DNA of 27,740 nt from an uncultured Myxococcales bacterium (GTDB lineage Bacteria; Myxococcota_A; UBA9042): NCBI GenBank assembly GCA_903917305.1, contig CAIXAA010000264.1:1-27740 (forward strand), written 5' to 3'. The position numbers and the translations under genes are program-made. Positions 26,779-27,740 of the stretch are shown here, piece by piece. A model generated the notes under the pieces. The model was not told the DNA's origin and did no database searches. It was given only the letters and a program-made list of their open reading frames with translations. Each line of letters opens with the position of its first letter. Within the stretch, counting starts at the first letter, position 1.

Positions 26779-27738
26779 CTAGTAGGAGAGCGTCGCCCGC
26801 AGCGCCGGACCGCGCGCCCGCTCCGCATCGGCAAAGCGGTACGTGGCGTTGATCTCCAGCCAACCTGGCGGCGCGCGGTAGCGATCCTCGCCAAACCACA
26901 AGCGCATGCTCAGCCCGGGCCCCACTGCGTCGATCAGCTCGTCGATGGCCTTGCTGTCGTACTCGACCGCGACAAACGCATGGGGAAACAAGGTCATGCG
27001 TGTGAAGTTCGGCACCGGCCACGTGACGCCGTAGCGGACCTCCGTGCCGACCAGCATCTGCCCGGCGTTCAGGTAGTACGCCGCTTCGCCGTAGACCTGC
27101 CAGCTCGCCCAGTTCGTGCGATCCAGGCGCTGATCCCCGCCGGCGCCGGTCGAATAGCCGATGCGAAACAGCCAGTCGTTGACCGAGCTTTGCCCGACCG
27201 CGAACAGCCTCTCGGCGGTGAAGACGATGTTCTGGCTTTCCAACGGCTTGTAGCGCACGCCGGCCGTCTCCTGCAGCGTCTTCCAGCCGGTCGGACCGCT
27301 GATGCCGTTGCGGAAGTTCTCGTAGGCGCGCGCAAAGAGTTGCAGCGTCTGGCCATTTCGATAGCCGATGACCGGCGGTTGCCAGTACAGCTCGACGCCG
27401 CCCTGCCAGACATCGAGGGCGCCCGCGTGGTAGGGCGAGCCAAGCATGACGCCCCAGGTCCGCTCCATTGTCTCGATTTCACGCCGAAAACCGTAGGTGC
27501 GCTGCGGGCTGAACGATTGCTCGAGGCCGTCGAGGTCCAGGCTGAAACGAAAGAGGGCAATCGCGGTCGCATTGTCTCCCAGGCGCTTGGCGGCATAGGC
27601 GGCGTCGGCGTAGTGGAACGCCTTGCCGGAGCCCAGTGCAAAGCCGCGCTGGAACGACGCGAGCCCGTTGGCGTCGTCATGCTGGCGCAAGTATGCGTAA
27701 CCAATGTTGAGTTGCTTGTCGCCGCGCGGGTCGCTGCC
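26779..27738 (-). CDS. nfrA: NfrA-family outer-membrane protein (TPR region plus C-terminal barrel; phage N4 receptor/glycan export pore), 5'-truncated
   Basis: Frame is open to the window edge. TPR-like LNIGYAYLR...YADAAYAAKRLGDNATAIALFR. NfrA_C-like motifs GVRYKPL...FTAER, DWLFRIGYS, WQVYGEAAYY, GPGLSMRLWFGEDRYRAPP. Confidence 0.75.
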   Translation of the reverse strand, partial: GSDPRGDKQLNIGYAYLRQHDDANGLASFQRGFALGSGKAFHYADAAYAAKRLGDNATAIALFRFSLDLDGLEQSFSPQRTYGFRREIETMERTWGVMLGSPYHAGALDVWQGGVELYWQPPVIGYRNGQTLQLFARAYENFRNGISGPTGWKTLQETAGVRYKPLESQNIVFTAERLFAVGQSSVNDWLFRIGYSTGAGGDQRLDRTNWASWQVYGEAAYYLNAGQMLVGTEVRYGVTWPVPNFTRMTLFPHAFVAVEYDSKAIDELIDAVGPGLSMRLWFGEDRYRAPPGWLEINATYRFADAERARGPALRATLSY

Positions 27739-27740
27739 GG

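Overview
High-GC window, probably from a Myxococcota or related deltaproteobacterial genome (inferred from Cys-rich CxDGNxCT-repeat lipoproteins and sigma54 regulation). Family calls come from motif recognition by eye; no database search was run. The first ~14 kb is a multiheme-cytochrome island with 44 canonical CXXCH motifs and 4 non-canonical CXnCH motifs. One minus-strand operon encodes, in order: an OmcE-like tetraheme cytochrome (candidate nanowire subunit), an NHL beta-propeller lipoprotein, a 9-heme lipoprotein, a large outer-membrane beta-barrel, and a 9(+1)-heme cytochrome whose N-terminal half is a second OmcE-like domain. Next to it lie an NtrC-type sigma54 activator and a divergent heme-c-sensing histidine kinase fused in frame, through a signal-peptide-like segment, to a 12(+2)-heme cytochrome. 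A second operon encodes a 9(+1)-heme cytochrome and a CXXC-less redoxin-TPR protein. Three GG-N10-GC sigma54 promoter motifs precede three of these units. The remaining half holds an M18 aminopeptidase, a Pro-rich hypothetical protein, an unusually expanded DUF2169 protein, a KimA/YdaO-like APC transporter and an M2 (ACE-like) peptidase. It ends with a probable surface-glycan locus: a GH113-like TIM barrel, WecB, a Cys-repeat/discoidin-like lipoprotein and a partial NfrA. No rRNA, tRNA, CRISPR array or mobile element was seen.
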